39,136 nt of DNA. Source: a virus. Lineage: Duplodnaviria > Caudoviricetes. Shown here one piece after another: positions 8,701 to 18,156 of this stretch. The stretch is from the IMG/VR virus record IMGVR_UViG_3300017913_000464, positions 1 to 39,136 of that record. One strand, written 5' to 3'. Positions within the stretch are counted from its first letter, which is position 1. Every line of letters starts with the position of its first letter. The position numbers were made by a program, and so were the translations under genes. The notes under the pieces are model-generated. The model was not told the DNA's origin. It saw only the letters and a list, made by a program, of their open reading frames with translations, and made no database searches.

Positions 8701-11700
8701 TGAGCGAACACTGCATCGGAACGCGATGGCATACCCTCTATCTCTTGCGCCTCGATGGCACGCTTGATGTTCTTAACGACTGCGTCGCTGATCAGCATGT
8801 CAGTGTTGATGTTCGCAGGGCGCATGTCACGGATAAGAACAGGACGAACCATTGACTGCTCTGGTACGCCAAGATCGGCAAGCTGCATACGCAGCGCTTC
8901 CTCGTAATCGTACAAATCTTGCGCAGCTTTCGGGTTGCCCTTCGCACGCAGCATGTTGATACGGCCACGTGTTTCGCGAAGCTCGTCCACAAGGTACGCT
9001 TGATCCTCGTCCAAGTTCGCTTTGATGTCCTCACCAACCTGTTTAAGCGTTCCCACAGGACGATCATACACGTATGTGCCGTCACCCATTGGACCAGACT
9101 TTGTCGAAGTGTAGTACACCTTCAAATCGCCGCCAGTGAAGTTCCGCATTGTTTCAAGCGTATTGCTTTCAACCCCTGACAAGTAATCATTAGCAAAGTC
9201 CTCTGCGAACTCGGCTGGCATTCTGTCAATAAAGCGAGATGTTGGGCTTGCGCCGTCCATATCCGCATTGCGTGACTTCAAGTTTCCGTATGTCATGACA
9301 GGAGCAAAGCGCTGACGCGCATCTTTGCTGTCGATCAGACCGTTCGTCACGTACGCCACACCTTCACGCATTGACATGCGAGCATCGTTCACGCTTTCAA
9401 GCATGTTCGCCTTGACGAAGTCATCATCAAGAGATGCAAACGCATCGGATGCCGTACGTGTCGACTTGGTGTCGATGACGTCCATAGTAAGTGCAACAAG
9501 AACTTCTTTGGGGTCATAACCTGCAATACCAGCCGCACGCTGGAAGTTCTCTTTCTGGTTTGTTGGTATTACTTCACTGTCGTAAACCATACCAGCGACT
9601 TCGCGCATTGCTTCGGAGATGTTTGCACGCTTTGTGAGCTGTGACGCCACCTTGCGTACACGATTACGGAAGTCCTTGTACTCGTTGCTCTTGGTGTTAA
9701 GTGAGAAGCGATTACCCAAGTACGCGACACGTGTTGCAACACGACGCGCTACTGCCTGCATGTCACTGTTGCGATGAGTGATTGCGCTGACTGCTTGGCG
9801 GAACAAGTACGGAAGTTTTGATGGGACAGTCACATCATCCCCAGGCACACCTTCCATCATGCGTTCTGTCTGGATTGCAGCTTGTACCAAGTTGTTAGAA
9901 ATCTCTTGGTTCTCACCGCGACGCTGGAACTCATACTCAATCGTACGCGCAAGATCAGCAGCTTCTTTGTCAGGAAGAGCCTCGCTATACAAACGAACAA
10001 GGTCTGGCTGACGCTGACCTTTTACCCAATCCAACAAGTCCTTATTTCCTGATGGCTTTGCGTTCGGCTTCGAGCGAATAAGCTCTATAATGTGGCGGCG
10101 TGCTTGCTTTGATTGCGCCGTCTCTTTGCCGTCCTCAAGCGTACGGGTGTAGAACTCTGTTGCTGTGGGCAAGTCCATCTCGGCAACTTTTGCACGCGGC
10201 AGCTTCTTGCTACTTTGTGGTGCATCCGTATCCTTGGCGTTCTTGTTCTTTACAATATCCTTAACCGCCTGCTTACGCTTACGGTTCTTTGCGTTCTGAC
10301 GACCTTTAACCTTCTTGAAGCGTTGTGCCGCACGAATTTTGTCCATGCCAGTACGACCTGCTCCATCAGGTTCCATACGCTTTCTGATCTGCACATCAGG
10401 TACTGCGTACTGCGGGATGTCGCCGCCCTCAACATCAAGGAACGCATTGTTCATTGTGAACTTAATATCAGCAATGAACTGATCGAGGTCTTCGCCAAAG
10501 ATAGCAGCGATGCGCTCTTCTACTTCGGGTCCGAAAGATGTAGCTGAAGCTACATCGCTGTTTGCGAACTCCATTGTAAAGCGCTGGGTCGCTGATGTAA
10601 TGATGCGAGCGACCTTTTTCATTTTGGTATGATGACGACCGACGACAGCAAATGCGCCTGTGTAAGATGATCGGTACGGCTCACCTTTGCGTACGGCTGC
10701 GATTGATGCGTCCTTCTGACTTGTGGACATACCACGCAACTGCTCCGCCAAGTCTTGAAGGTAGACAGCAGCTTGCTCGATGTCGCCATTCGCATACGCA
10801 GAACGTGCTGCATCATGTGCTTCTTGCATGAACACAAAGCGCTGTTGAATTGCCTTACCTTTATTAGTCTTAGGTTCAACGGGGTCGACAGCCTTCATAC
10901 GAAGTGCTTCCATGTCATCAACGATCAGCTTGTTAAAGATAGGAACTAAGTCCTCGTCGATAACATTCATGTCTGGCGTGCCCATAATCTTACGGAACAA
11001 AGCCTCAACAATACGAGCTACTTTGCCGAATAGGCTTGGGTCTTTGACAGACATCAAGTCATTGTGCTTTGTCAGGAAGAATGCGAACTGATTAGCGAAG
11101 TATTCGTCGGGGCTGTCGAACCAGTTGGCTGCACCCATCTCCTGAACGCCGTCTTTACTCTCATAGCGTACGTACGGTGATTTACTCATGATTTCGACTT
11201 GCGCGTCTTCCATGAGCCTTCCGTTTGCTTTGTAGTACTTGTTCAAAGCCATAAAGAACTCGCGCTTTGACGCATCGTCTAGCACGTTTGTGAACACCCA
11301 GTGACCAAGCTCATGTGCGATTATGAACTCAGACGTCAAAGGGAATGTGTTATCTACGTTCTGGTTCTTAGCAAGCTCGATTGTATTAATCTCACTTGGG
11401 GCACCTTTGACAGCCATTGGCCCATGCGCTCTGTTGAACAAAGGACTGTTGCCGAGCTTGAATATTGGCGCACGATCAGACGGAACGACCGATCTAATCA
11501 TCTTTTCTAGGTTAAGCAGCGTACCAGAACTCGCGCCATCCATGATCTTTGTAAGTTGATCAAGGCTGTTATTCAGGGTTGTTGTGTTTGGACGAACGCC
11601 CATTGGTGCGTACTTGTCTCGAATGGTGTACAAGTTCTGAAGTAAGACCATACGAGCGGTGTTGGAAAGTGGGTCCATAGGCTTGTCGCCATAACCTTTA

Positions 11701-14700
11701 CGGGTTTCCCACGGAGCTGTTTCCATTTTGCCCGTGATAAGATCAAGCGTTGCAAACTGAATGTTGCCGTTTTTGTAAAAGTCATCCGCTGTATCATGGA
11801 TTGCGACCATGCTAGATTTTGCGAACTTACCCGCTGCATACAAACCATCAGATTGTTCGCGTGTTAGCTGCGAGGCTTCGATCTCCATGGTCGCCCACTC
11901 GACAGCCTCGATGGGGAACGTACGCTCGTTGAACACACGATCACCATTAAGCTCTGGATATGCATCAGCATCGTACGGCTCAAAGCTACGAAGTAGATCA
12001 CGGCCTTGTTTGCCTGTTGAGCCTTCGGGAACATAGCCAAGATAGTAGTCGTTCAGATTTGCGCCACCAATCACCTGTGCAGGGCCATCCTGACCGCCTG
12101 TGATTACGCGTGTATAGCCAACGCCCTCAACACGAGGTATCATGGCGAATACCATACCGTCCTTCTCTTTAACCAATCCATCAGGGATATCGTCGCGATT
12201 GACTGCCGCTTTCTTCTTTTTCTTCTTGGGCGTGCCTGTCTGACGATCAACCTTCTCGTTGGCTTCTTTTAGCCCCTCGATGTCGCCTGACTTCTCGAAC
12301 TCAGTAAACGCGTCATCACGAGCCTTCTTTGCCTCTTCGGCTGTAAGAGGCTCTTCAACTTCCACCTTTTTAGCAGATGGCGCGGACTTGTTTGCCTTTA
12401 AACCAAGTGCTTTTAGCGCAATATCTTCGCTTGGGTAAACCTTGCCCGTTGCAGGTGCGTAGAATAAACGCTCGCCTTTCGTTGCTTTGGCCATTTTGTT
12501 AGCGATACGTGGACGACCGACGATTTTCTCACCACCAGCGGCGACGAACTCGTAAACAGTCTTGCCGTTTTCGCCTTCTGCACGAGCCATTTCGCGTAAA
12601 ACTGCTAAGTTCAAGTCTGGTGCGCTGAAACGGTCAGCCGCATTAAGTACGCTGTAACCGTCACCTATGTCGTAACCTTTGCGCACAATATCTTGTGGCT
12701 TTGTACGAACAATCTTCTCACCAGTACGGGGATCAGTACTCTCAATAATACTCTTGCCAGCAGTTTTTGGCCCCGTCTCCATGGCATCCATGGATTTCTG
12801 TGTGCTCGCTGCGGAGCGATTTGCCGTCGTACCCTCTTTCGTATCGGGCGTCGTAGTACCTTCGCGACGTAAGTAGTCCTTACGCATTGCTGCGACGGCT
12901 TCTGCATCTTCTGGTACGCGGCCCTTTGTTTCCGCATCTAGGTGGATGTCGAACAACTGGTTTACGTAACGGAAAGTTGTAGCGTCCAACTTACCTTGCT
13001 TCAAGAACTCGTCGATTAACTTACGAGTACGCTCGATCCACTCTGGCTGCCCTTGCAGCATGTCCATGATTTCTTGGTACTTACGAAGAGCTTCGTCGAA
13101 CGCTTCTTGGTTCGCAGGTGTGCTCTCGTCGGCTTCGGCTACATCAGGCTCGAACTCAGTTTCTTCAGGCGCACGAGGGGTTGCTGTTTCTACGCCAGCA
13201 ACAGCATCCGATACCTCTTCACTCGCTGCGTCTGTCTCGATACCTTTGTTTTGCTCAAAGTCACGAACTGTGTTCTTTGCGAGTTTGTTTCCTTTTGTAA
13301 GAACAAACTCACCAGATGCAATCTTGTCAGAAACGACTGTTCTTAAATCATCGCCCTTTACGCCAAGTAGCTTGCCAAGTTTGCCTTCCTGATTTGGTGA
13401 GTTGAACTCCCAGTCTTCAGGTACGTCGACCTTTGGTGCTTCTTCTACATCACCTTCTGCGTCACCTTTCGGTTGTACCGATGCTTCACCATCAGTGTCG
13501 CCGCCCTCTGCTGGGGTGTTGTCTTTTGCGTCATCAGCGCTTGCAGTTTCTTCTTTAGGCTCATTGGCTTTTGGTGCGGCTTCGGGCGCTTCTTGCTTTG
13601 GAGCTTCGGCGGGCGCAGCGCGAGTGATTGTGGGTTCATCTACAAAACCTGCTTCGAATATCTGCTCGGGTGTCATGTTGAGCACGTTGGTACGGCGCTC
13701 AAGCATGTCATCGAACTCTTGTTTTATGTTACCTGCTTCACGCCCCTCGGCAAGAGCAGCTTGGTACTCGTTGGCAATCTCGTCCAAACGCATGTCCAAG
13801 TTGTTGACGTACGCGTCAATCGCATTTACGCGAGCTTCGTCGTTGTTAAGCTGCGCAAGAGTATCGTTCGCAATCTTTTTTTCGGCAGCGTCATCAGTTT
13901 TAGAAAGAGCTGTCGCGATGTTGCCCTTTTCACGGTTGATCGCACTAAGCTCTTGCGTCAGACGTGCACCAAGCGCGGAACCAGACCAGTCACCAAGGCT
14001 CCCAGCGCCTTTCGCGACTTCACCAACCCCAAGTTCGGCTGCACCTTTTGTAAGTAGGGCGGCTGCACCACCAGATACGGCAGCATCCATAAGACCAGCA
14101 CCAATCGTACGGCCTACGTCGAACTCATCAGATACGCCTTGCGCGATCTCGTTCGCCTGCTGCGCTGCGTCAAAGCCTGCACCGATGCCTAGACCGAGTG
14201 CCGCTTCCTTCTTGGCTACATCTTTTACGCCCGCCGTAATACCCGCTTTTGCTGACTGCTCTAGCGTCTTACCTGCGACACGCGCACCTTGTGCCGCTTT
14301 GGTTGCGACCGCACCCGAACCGAAACCAATCAAGTTTGTTGGGTCAAGCACACCTGCTGCACCGTAATCAATTACCTTTTCCATCGTGGAGCCACGAGAA
14401 GGCAGGTTAGCCCATAGCTTTGAAAGGCGGCCAAGCATCTCGCGACCATCGTCGCCAGCAGTAGCTGTCTCGATCAAGTCTTTACCCATCGAGAATGTGT
14501 TTACGTCAGACCAACGACGGTCCTCGTAAAACTGATCCCACATCTCGCTTGTGCTACCGAACTCTTGACCATTCGCACGATAGTAGTTGCGAACGTCCGC
14601 AATAGCGTACGGGTTCGTTAGTAGATCATAGCCTGAAAGATTTGAATAATCGCCGACAGTTGATGATGCCGAAATTTTTCCTCCGCCGAGGAACTGCGCC

Positions 14701-14714
14701 TTATTAATAGCCAT
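5721..14714 (-). CDS. Giant internal virion / DNA-ejection protein of polyvalent type (2997 aa)
   Basis: Last gene of the virion arm, GGAG RBS. Contains a HELGH zincin motif, an acidic Pro/Ala/Glu linker, and a C-terminal FTPNPNDLPLWAQTPIGQVVFQLKSFP segment plus Gly-rich hydrophobic helices resembling podophage large ejection proteins. Confidence 0.8.
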   Translation of the reverse strand: MAINKAQFLGGGKISASSTVGDYSNLSGYDLLTNPYAIADVRNYYRANGQEFGSTSEMWDQFYEDRRWSDVNTFSMGKDLIETATAGDDGREMLGRLSKLWANLPSRGSTMEKVIDYGAAGVLDPTNLIGFGSGAVATKAAQGARVAGKTLEQSAKAGITAGVKDVAKKEAALGLGIGAGFDAAQQANEIAQGVSDEFDVGRTIGAGLMDAAVSGGAAALLTKGAAELGVGEVAKGAGSLGDWSGSALGARLTQELSAINREKGNIATALSKTDDAAEKKIANDTLAQLNNDEARVNAIDAYVNNLDMRLDEIANEYQAALAEGREAGNIKQEFDDMLERRTNVLNMTPEQIFEAGFVDEPTITRAAPAEAPKQEAPEAAPKANEPKEETASADDAKDNTPAEGGDTDGEASVQPKGDAEGDVEEAPKVDVPEDWEFNSPNQEGKLGKLLGVKGDDLRTVVSDKIASGEFVLTKGNKLAKNTVRDFEQNKGIETDAASEEVSDAVAGVETATPRAPEETEFEPDVAEADESTPANQEAFDEALRKYQEIMDMLQGQPEWIERTRKLIDEFLKQGKLDATTFRYVNQLFDIHLDAETKGRVPEDAEAVAAMRKDYLRREGTTTPDTKEGTTANRSAASTQKSMDAMETGPKTAGKSIIESTDPRTGEKIVRTKPQDIVRKGYDIGDGYSVLNAADRFSAPDLNLAVLREMARAEGENGKTVYEFVAAGGEKIVGRPRIANKMAKATKGERLFYAPATGKVYPSEDIALKALGLKANKSAPSAKKVEVEEPLTAEEAKKARDDAFTEFEKSGDIEGLKEANEKVDRQTGTPKKKKKKAAVNRDDIPDGLVKEKDGMVFAMIPRVEGVGYTRVITGGQDGPAQVIGGANLNDYYLGYVPEGSTGKQGRDLLRSFEPYDADAYPELNGDRVFNERTFPIEAVEWATMEIEASQLTREQSDGLYAAGKFAKSSMVAIHDTADDFYKNGNIQFATLDLITGKMETAPWETRKGYGDKPMDPLSNTARMVLLQNLYTIRDKYAPMGVRPNTTTLNNSLDQLTKIMDGASSGTLLNLEKMIRSVVPSDRAPIFKLGNSPLFNRAHGPMAVKGAPSEINTIELAKNQNVDNTFPLTSEFIIAHELGHWVFTNVLDDASKREFFMALNKYYKANGRLMEDAQVEIMSKSPYVRYESKDGVQEMGAANWFDSPDEYFANQFAFFLTKHNDLMSVKDPSLFGKVARIVEALFRKIMGTPDMNVIDEDLVPIFNKLIVDDMEALRMKAVDPVEPKTNKGKAIQQRFVFMQEAHDAARSAYANGDIEQAAVYLQDLAEQLRGMSTSQKDASIAAVRKGEPYRSSYTGAFAVVGRHHTKMKKVARIITSATQRFTMEFANSDVASATSFGPEVEERIAAIFGEDLDQFIADIKFTMNNAFLDVEGGDIPQYAVPDVQIRKRMEPDGAGRTGMDKIRAAQRFKKVKGRQNAKNRKRKQAVKDIVKNKNAKDTDAPQSSKKLPRAKVAEMDLPTATEFYTRTLEDGKETAQSKQARRHIIELIRSKPNAKPSGNKDLLDWVKGQRQPDLVRLYSEALPDKEAADLARTIEYEFQRRGENQEISNNLVQAAIQTERMMEGVPGDDVTVPSKLPYLFRQAVSAITHRNSDMQAVARRVATRVAYLGNRFSLNTKSNEYKDFRNRVRKVASQLTKRANISEAMREVAGMVYDSEVIPTNQKENFQRAAGIAGYDPKEVLVALTMDVIDTKSTRTASDAFASLDDDFVKANMLESVNDARMSMREGVAYVTNGLIDSKDARQRFAPVMTYGNLKSRNADMDGASPTSRFIDRMPAEFAEDFANDYLSGVESNTLETMRNFTGGDLKVYYTSTKSGPMGDGTYVYDRPVGTLKQVGEDIKANLDEDQAYLVDELRETRGRINMLRAKGNPKAAQDLYDYEEALRMQLADLGVPEQSMVRPVLIRDMRPANINTDMLISDAVVKNIKRAIEAQEIEGMPSRSDAVFAQNRRKHKPLEMFEVLEQAAGSREKLMQAVRNAGYSSLNVNGHKMMLNDASVRDLRADTFDEPDMMVGENFPADAIPHVVNSMITENDAGDQAFDEVISAFETAGMPSKVTNVLSKIKKGKNITPKEGRELRKVAKWGLSRTNAQRLVKAGMKSLGNFFEPSDGGAGHFERYAVRTGAFIGPLQRMIQKMPQSDGGIKRYFRNGLGEMLYAHNTGLGESIAGLLRIPAPLRKAPVMEHLEILNALRNEDKVQLLNSQQREIYDHIRKYFNAARDRLIAAGYDVGNIARNYVPQIWRSDLIETDRENFVSLLAEYFTAEHASRGASLPAEDAIRKAEGVANKLIHEEGTYVGDPSAFAISKERNTDHIDFARMIRLDADFAKQFTDPRNPSRNLTKYLENDLMVIAAKYSDSVEQRIDIAEQFGVGGFGYYDYIAIMSGGVDAVSKLLRSNKVLRRDYKFHYDPSNTEDELSIDAAAAEFKRAVFHAPIQRGGSVGKKIADDKAKELAKMAHDGATEDDIIDAIMAMMPEGNQTPNSQKMRENFRFRAAAIARAIVDTDGLAFLPEPHMVDQADMLYRATVRKPVHNPGGFNESLTGVSSALRTFNSVTLLPFTTLASLGDFMLPVIKSGSLRSSVDTWKKFAADTEAGAEYREMIRNIGASTQNIVQERMSRAFGMDSTRFSAGFFTTIGLTDWTNVMRDISAASGYEWFKASQELAIRKPNTKAGRTARRVLDEYGLTDFYKDPTLNIEMVMKTGGSANLHPRYFEVAGALHKFTNQTIFTPNPNDLPLWAQTPIGQVVFQLKSFPLMMSRLGYEVYREAGHGNFMPLFYFAGAPVLGAGITATRDVVQGRGGEDNREFAVRERSMEFLKDYGLTDNEDIALYAGWYRDGLLQMGGLGLIGSMLYDSVEQLDNGAYGQNRTLSLLLGPSLGVVTDAHTVLAGGVSAVDNAIMGEGPNGKARAAVRTVIKRLPGGQVAAPREYLVDSIAGEQGD

Positions 14715-14743
14715 CTAGGTACTCCATTTAACCAGATGTGATC

Positions 14744-14777
14744 AGATTAAACGGAGCACCAGTTTTTTTCGTCCCTA
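14744..14777 (-). promoter_or_regulatory. Candidate late promoter TAGGGACGAA-N18-TAATCT upstream of the giant gene
   Basis: One-mismatch copy of the recurrent intergenic motif; its TAG is the stop codon of the 734-aa gene. Confidence 0.65.
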
Positions 14778-16979
14778 TTGCTGCGGTAAGTACGCGTTGA
14801 ATAGTTCTTGAGCGACTTCGGTTACGTTTTTAAGTTCGCCTTTTTCCATACCGTCCTTTAATGATCGGCGTGGGTTCTTCTCAGTCCAAGCTATAATCAT
14901 CTGCTTTGTGATCTCTTCAGCTTTTGCGTTGATGATTTCAATCTGCTGTTGAGGAGACTTGCCTTCGAGTTCGTCACCAAGTTCTGGTGCAAGTGTCTTG
15001 ATGGCTGATGCGTCACCAACAAGCATTGTGTCCATACCTGCATTCTTAGCCTGACCAATCATCGCTTCGACTTTGTTATAATCCGCAACGATTTGATCCA
15101 TTTGTCCGTCTACCATCACACGCTTCGCCTGAAGCTGCTTAATGTAATCACGTACCTGTTCGATCTTAGGTATGTTATCAATACCCGCACCAAAGCCAAA
15201 CGCATTCTCTTTAGTCGGCGCTCTCATGTACGCTTGTGCCATGGCAATCTTGCGATCTATCTCAAGGATCATGTTGCCAGCTTCTGTCAATCGACGTTCA
15301 CCGTCCTTCAAGTGTGATGTAAGTGAAGTTACATCCTTCATTTCGTTTACGTCAGACTTGAGTATAGCGTTGCTACGTGAAGTATAGTCGTTAGCACCAA
15401 CTTTTTCTTGGTTAGATGCATCGAAGTTATCAAGCGTTGATTTGAACATATCACCAAGCTCGGTAACGTTAAGTATTTCTGGATCAATCTTGTCGAATAC
15501 CGTCTTATACTCAGCTTGCCTGAATTGCTGGTAATAGTTTCCGAACAATGTCATGCTTTTTTGCGGTACTTCCGAAAAGTCAGTTACGCCCATAGCTTCA
15601 AGAGCTAGACCAAACGCTTTTCTGTCGATTGTGCCAAGCTGGTTCATTGCTACTGGCGATGACATTGCACGTCCTACTGCACGCTGTATTGCAAGCGGGT
15701 CTTCTAACGAACCAGTTGTCGAACGCTCTTCGGCTGCAATTTCTGCAAGTACGGATCGAACCATGTCTGGGTTGTCCAAGTTGATACCGTACTGCGATGC
15801 TGTCGAAAGAGCTTTTTCGACTTCCGCGCGTTTCGCCATCTTTGCTGTTTTCAGGTCAAAGTCTTTGTCAAAACTGCTGTAATCAGTAATCAAGCTATCA
15901 ACGACCGCATCAATGCGATCATTTACGTCTTTATCACTCGTTAGGCTCGAACGGTTGTTTTCGTTCTTAGCTTGGGCTTGCTGTAGCTGCTGCTCTTCTG
16001 CCTCGTCTGCCCTCTGAATGTTGCGTTGCTCTTGCGACCTGACCAACTCAGCAAGGCGTTCTTCGTCATACGACTTATCCTCAAGGGTTGTTTGCGCAAG
16101 TATGCTTTCCAGCCTTTCTTTTGCTTGGTCGATGCCAATAATATCGTCTGTTTCCAAGGCGACGCGGACCTTGTCAAACGCCTGATTTACTGCTGCCTGA
16201 TTAGCATCACTCTCGGCTTGCTTGCGAGCGTCAAACTTTTGCTGCCCGTAATTAGCGATGATCTCGTCATGGCGACCTGCTGGAAGAAGAGGGTACTTTT
16301 CTGCTGCATTCTGCTTCAGCATGTTAAAGTCTTCGTCATTACCAGCCGCGCGATTTGCGTCAGCCTGTAGCGCTTCAGCTTGACGCTTGATCTCGCTTTT
16401 TGTCATGGCGTCGACTTGCGTACGAGCCTGCTGTACGGCAGGCAGGTTCGGGTTCAAGCCAGCAAATATGTCTTCGATCTTGTCCTGCTGAAAGCCAGTC
16501 GCTTTCCACGCATTAATACGACCGTTTATTGTGCTGATTGCGCCTTGCGATGCTGCACCCATGGCCATGGCGGTGACAGCTTTTTCCATCTTAGGATTGA
16601 AGCCGCCTACTTCTTTGAGCATATCAAAGCCAGATTGCATGTCGCCACTGGTCGCGAAAGGTGTAAGAATGTCAGCGTACGACTTCATGAAGCCTAGCTC
16701 TGTTTGCAGAGTTTGGTTTCTGCGCTGGGTTTCTTGCCACTCAACTTCTTTCTTACGACGGTCCACGTTGCTTCGCATCACGTCAGCAGATGGAAGTGCA
16801 GCACGAAAGAACTCGCTGTTTCCAGCGAGGTCGCTTGCGTACTTCTCTCGATCTTCGACAGACGCATCAGGGTTCATTTTTACGTACTCGTTATACAAAC
16901 GAGCGTTCTCTCGGCGTTGGTTTTTGTACCGCGTATCCGCGTCAACGTATCCTTTTCTGAAGGCTCCGTAGTTGAACAT
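14775..16979 (-). CDS. Putative internal virion/ejection protein (734 aa, helical)
   Basis: GGAGG RBS; Ala/Gln/Glu-rich coiled coil; sits directly before the giant protein, as the middle ejection protein does in podoviruses. Confidence 0.6.
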   Translation of the reverse strand: MFNYGAFRKGYVDADTRYKNQRRENARLYNEYVKMNPDASVEDREKYASDLAGNSEFFRAALPSADVMRSNVDRRKKEVEWQETQRRNQTLQTELGFMKSYADILTPFATSGDMQSGFDMLKEVGGFNPKMEKAVTAMAMGAASQGAISTINGRINAWKATGFQQDKIEDIFAGLNPNLPAVQQARTQVDAMTKSEIKRQAEALQADANRAAGNDEDFNMLKQNAAEKYPLLPAGRHDEIIANYGQQKFDARKQAESDANQAAVNQAFDKVRVALETDDIIGIDQAKERLESILAQTTLEDKSYDEERLAELVRSQEQRNIQRADEAEEQQLQQAQAKNENNRSSLTSDKDVNDRIDAVVDSLITDYSSFDKDFDLKTAKMAKRAEVEKALSTASQYGINLDNPDMVRSVLAEIAAEERSTTGSLEDPLAIQRAVGRAMSSPVAMNQLGTIDRKAFGLALEAMGVTDFSEVPQKSMTLFGNYYQQFRQAEYKTVFDKIDPEILNVTELGDMFKSTLDNFDASNQEKVGANDYTSRSNAILKSDVNEMKDVTSLTSHLKDGERRLTEAGNMILEIDRKIAMAQAYMRAPTKENAFGFGAGIDNIPKIEQVRDYIKQLQAKRVMVDGQMDQIVADYNKVEAMIGQAKNAGMDTMLVGDASAIKTLAPELGDELEGKSPQQQIEIINAKAEEITKQMIIAWTEKNPRRSLKDGMEKGELKNVTEVAQELFNAYLPQQ

Positions 16980-16988
16980 TCAAACCTC

Positions 16989-18146
16989 CTAAAGTGTGAT
17001 GCTGCGCATCCAGTCGCCAAAACCTGCCATGTTACCAGACGCGATAGTATTCGCGCTGTTGGCTGCTGCGTTCAGGCTGTCCATTGTTGATCCAACGTTG
17101 TTAATACTGTTCATACCGCCAGCCGCATATGTGTAAGGTGCTGTAACGGTATTAGAAAGCTGCGTTAGATAGTTGTTCGCCAATGTGTTCTCCGAACCTA
17201 CGATACTGTAGCCGTTCAACATGTCGGTCATTGCGGTGTTGTTACGCAGTCCCTGCTGCCGCCCAAGTTCGTTAATAGCATTGTAACGCAACGAGTTCAT
17301 GTTGTCGGCTGTGTTCTGACCGTGGCTAGAACCAGTAAGCATCTGATCGAGTGCGCTGCCAGATAGACCGTACTTGTCAGCAAGCAAGTTGCGCTGCATG
17401 TTGCGCTCTGCGTTTGTCATGTTCTGATCGTTTGACGCAAGCTGCTGCAAGCCAGTCAAATAGCTGTTCGCATCAGATACACTATCAAGTACGTCCTGTG
17501 CGTAACGATCTGCTGCAAGTGCACCCAACGCTTTTTCTGTTTGTACGGCAAGCGTACTGTTCATTAAGCCTGGGTCCATGTTCGCAGATGCTTTTGCACG
17601 AGCCTCGTTTAGATACTTCTGCGTTGCACCCTGACGCATTGCCAAGAACTTCTGCGTAATGCCGTCTTGCATCTGCGCGTAATCCAAAGTGTCAGGTGCT
17701 ACCATGCGAGCGTATGCATCTGTATCCCGTACTTCAGCACCAAGGCTGTCCATTGTGTCCGTCGCAAGACCACGGAATGCGTCTTCAAAGCTGACAAAAC
17801 GGTTTTCGTCCTCTCGCGTCATACGGTTGACGGTGTCAATGTTGCCTTGCTCTTCTGCGCTGCGCTGACTTGCTAGATACTCGGTGATGCTGTCGACGAT
17901 GTCGGGTGTAACCTGACCGAAGTTGCCGTACTCAGTGAGCAAGCGTTCGATGTTGGTCCGCATAAGATCACCGCCCTCTGTGAAGAGGGCGTTGATTTGG
18001 TTCTGTCTTTCGATTTGATCCTCTGTGTAGCCTTCCAAGTTGCCTTCGGCTTCGTTGGAACTTGTAAGGCCATCGTACAATCCATACAGGGCCATAAGGC
18101 CGTCGATGGTGTCCGAATTGTTCTTAAATATGTCAAGTAAACTCAT
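16989..18146 (-). CDS. Putative ejection/pilot protein (385 aa)
   Basis: GAGG RBS; Asn/Gln/Met/Ala-rich helical sequence with amphipathic termini; position in the ejection block. Confidence 0.55.
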   Translation of the reverse strand: MSLLDIFKNNSDTIDGLMALYGLYDGLTSSNEAEGNLEGYTEDQIERQNQINALFTEGGDLMRTNIERLLTEYGNFGQVTPDIVDSITEYLASQRSAEEQGNIDTVNRMTREDENRFVSFEDAFRGLATDTMDSLGAEVRDTDAYARMVAPDTLDYAQMQDGITQKFLAMRQGATQKYLNEARAKASANMDPGLMNSTLAVQTEKALGALAADRYAQDVLDSVSDANSYLTGLQQLASNDQNMTNAERNMQRNLLADKYGLSGSALDQMLTGSSHGQNTADNMNSLRYNAINELGRQQGLRNNTAMTDMLNGYSIVGSENTLANNYLTQLSNTVTAPYTYAAGGMNSINNVGSTMDSLNAAANSANTIASGNMAGFGDWMRSITL

Positions 18147-18156
18147 CTCAGACCTC

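Noticed and set aside
13402-14367. 321-aa plus-strand ORF and the many other plus-strand ORFs across 5900-38900
   Set aside because: Antisense shadows of long minus-strand genes; Ser/Pro/Ala-biased translations with no motifs or RBS support.
5721-14714. Giant protein as an N4-like virion RNA polymerase
   Set aside because: I could not identify single-subunit RNAP catalytic motifs or N4-type hairpin promoters; zincin and ejection-protein features fit better. A profile search would settle it.
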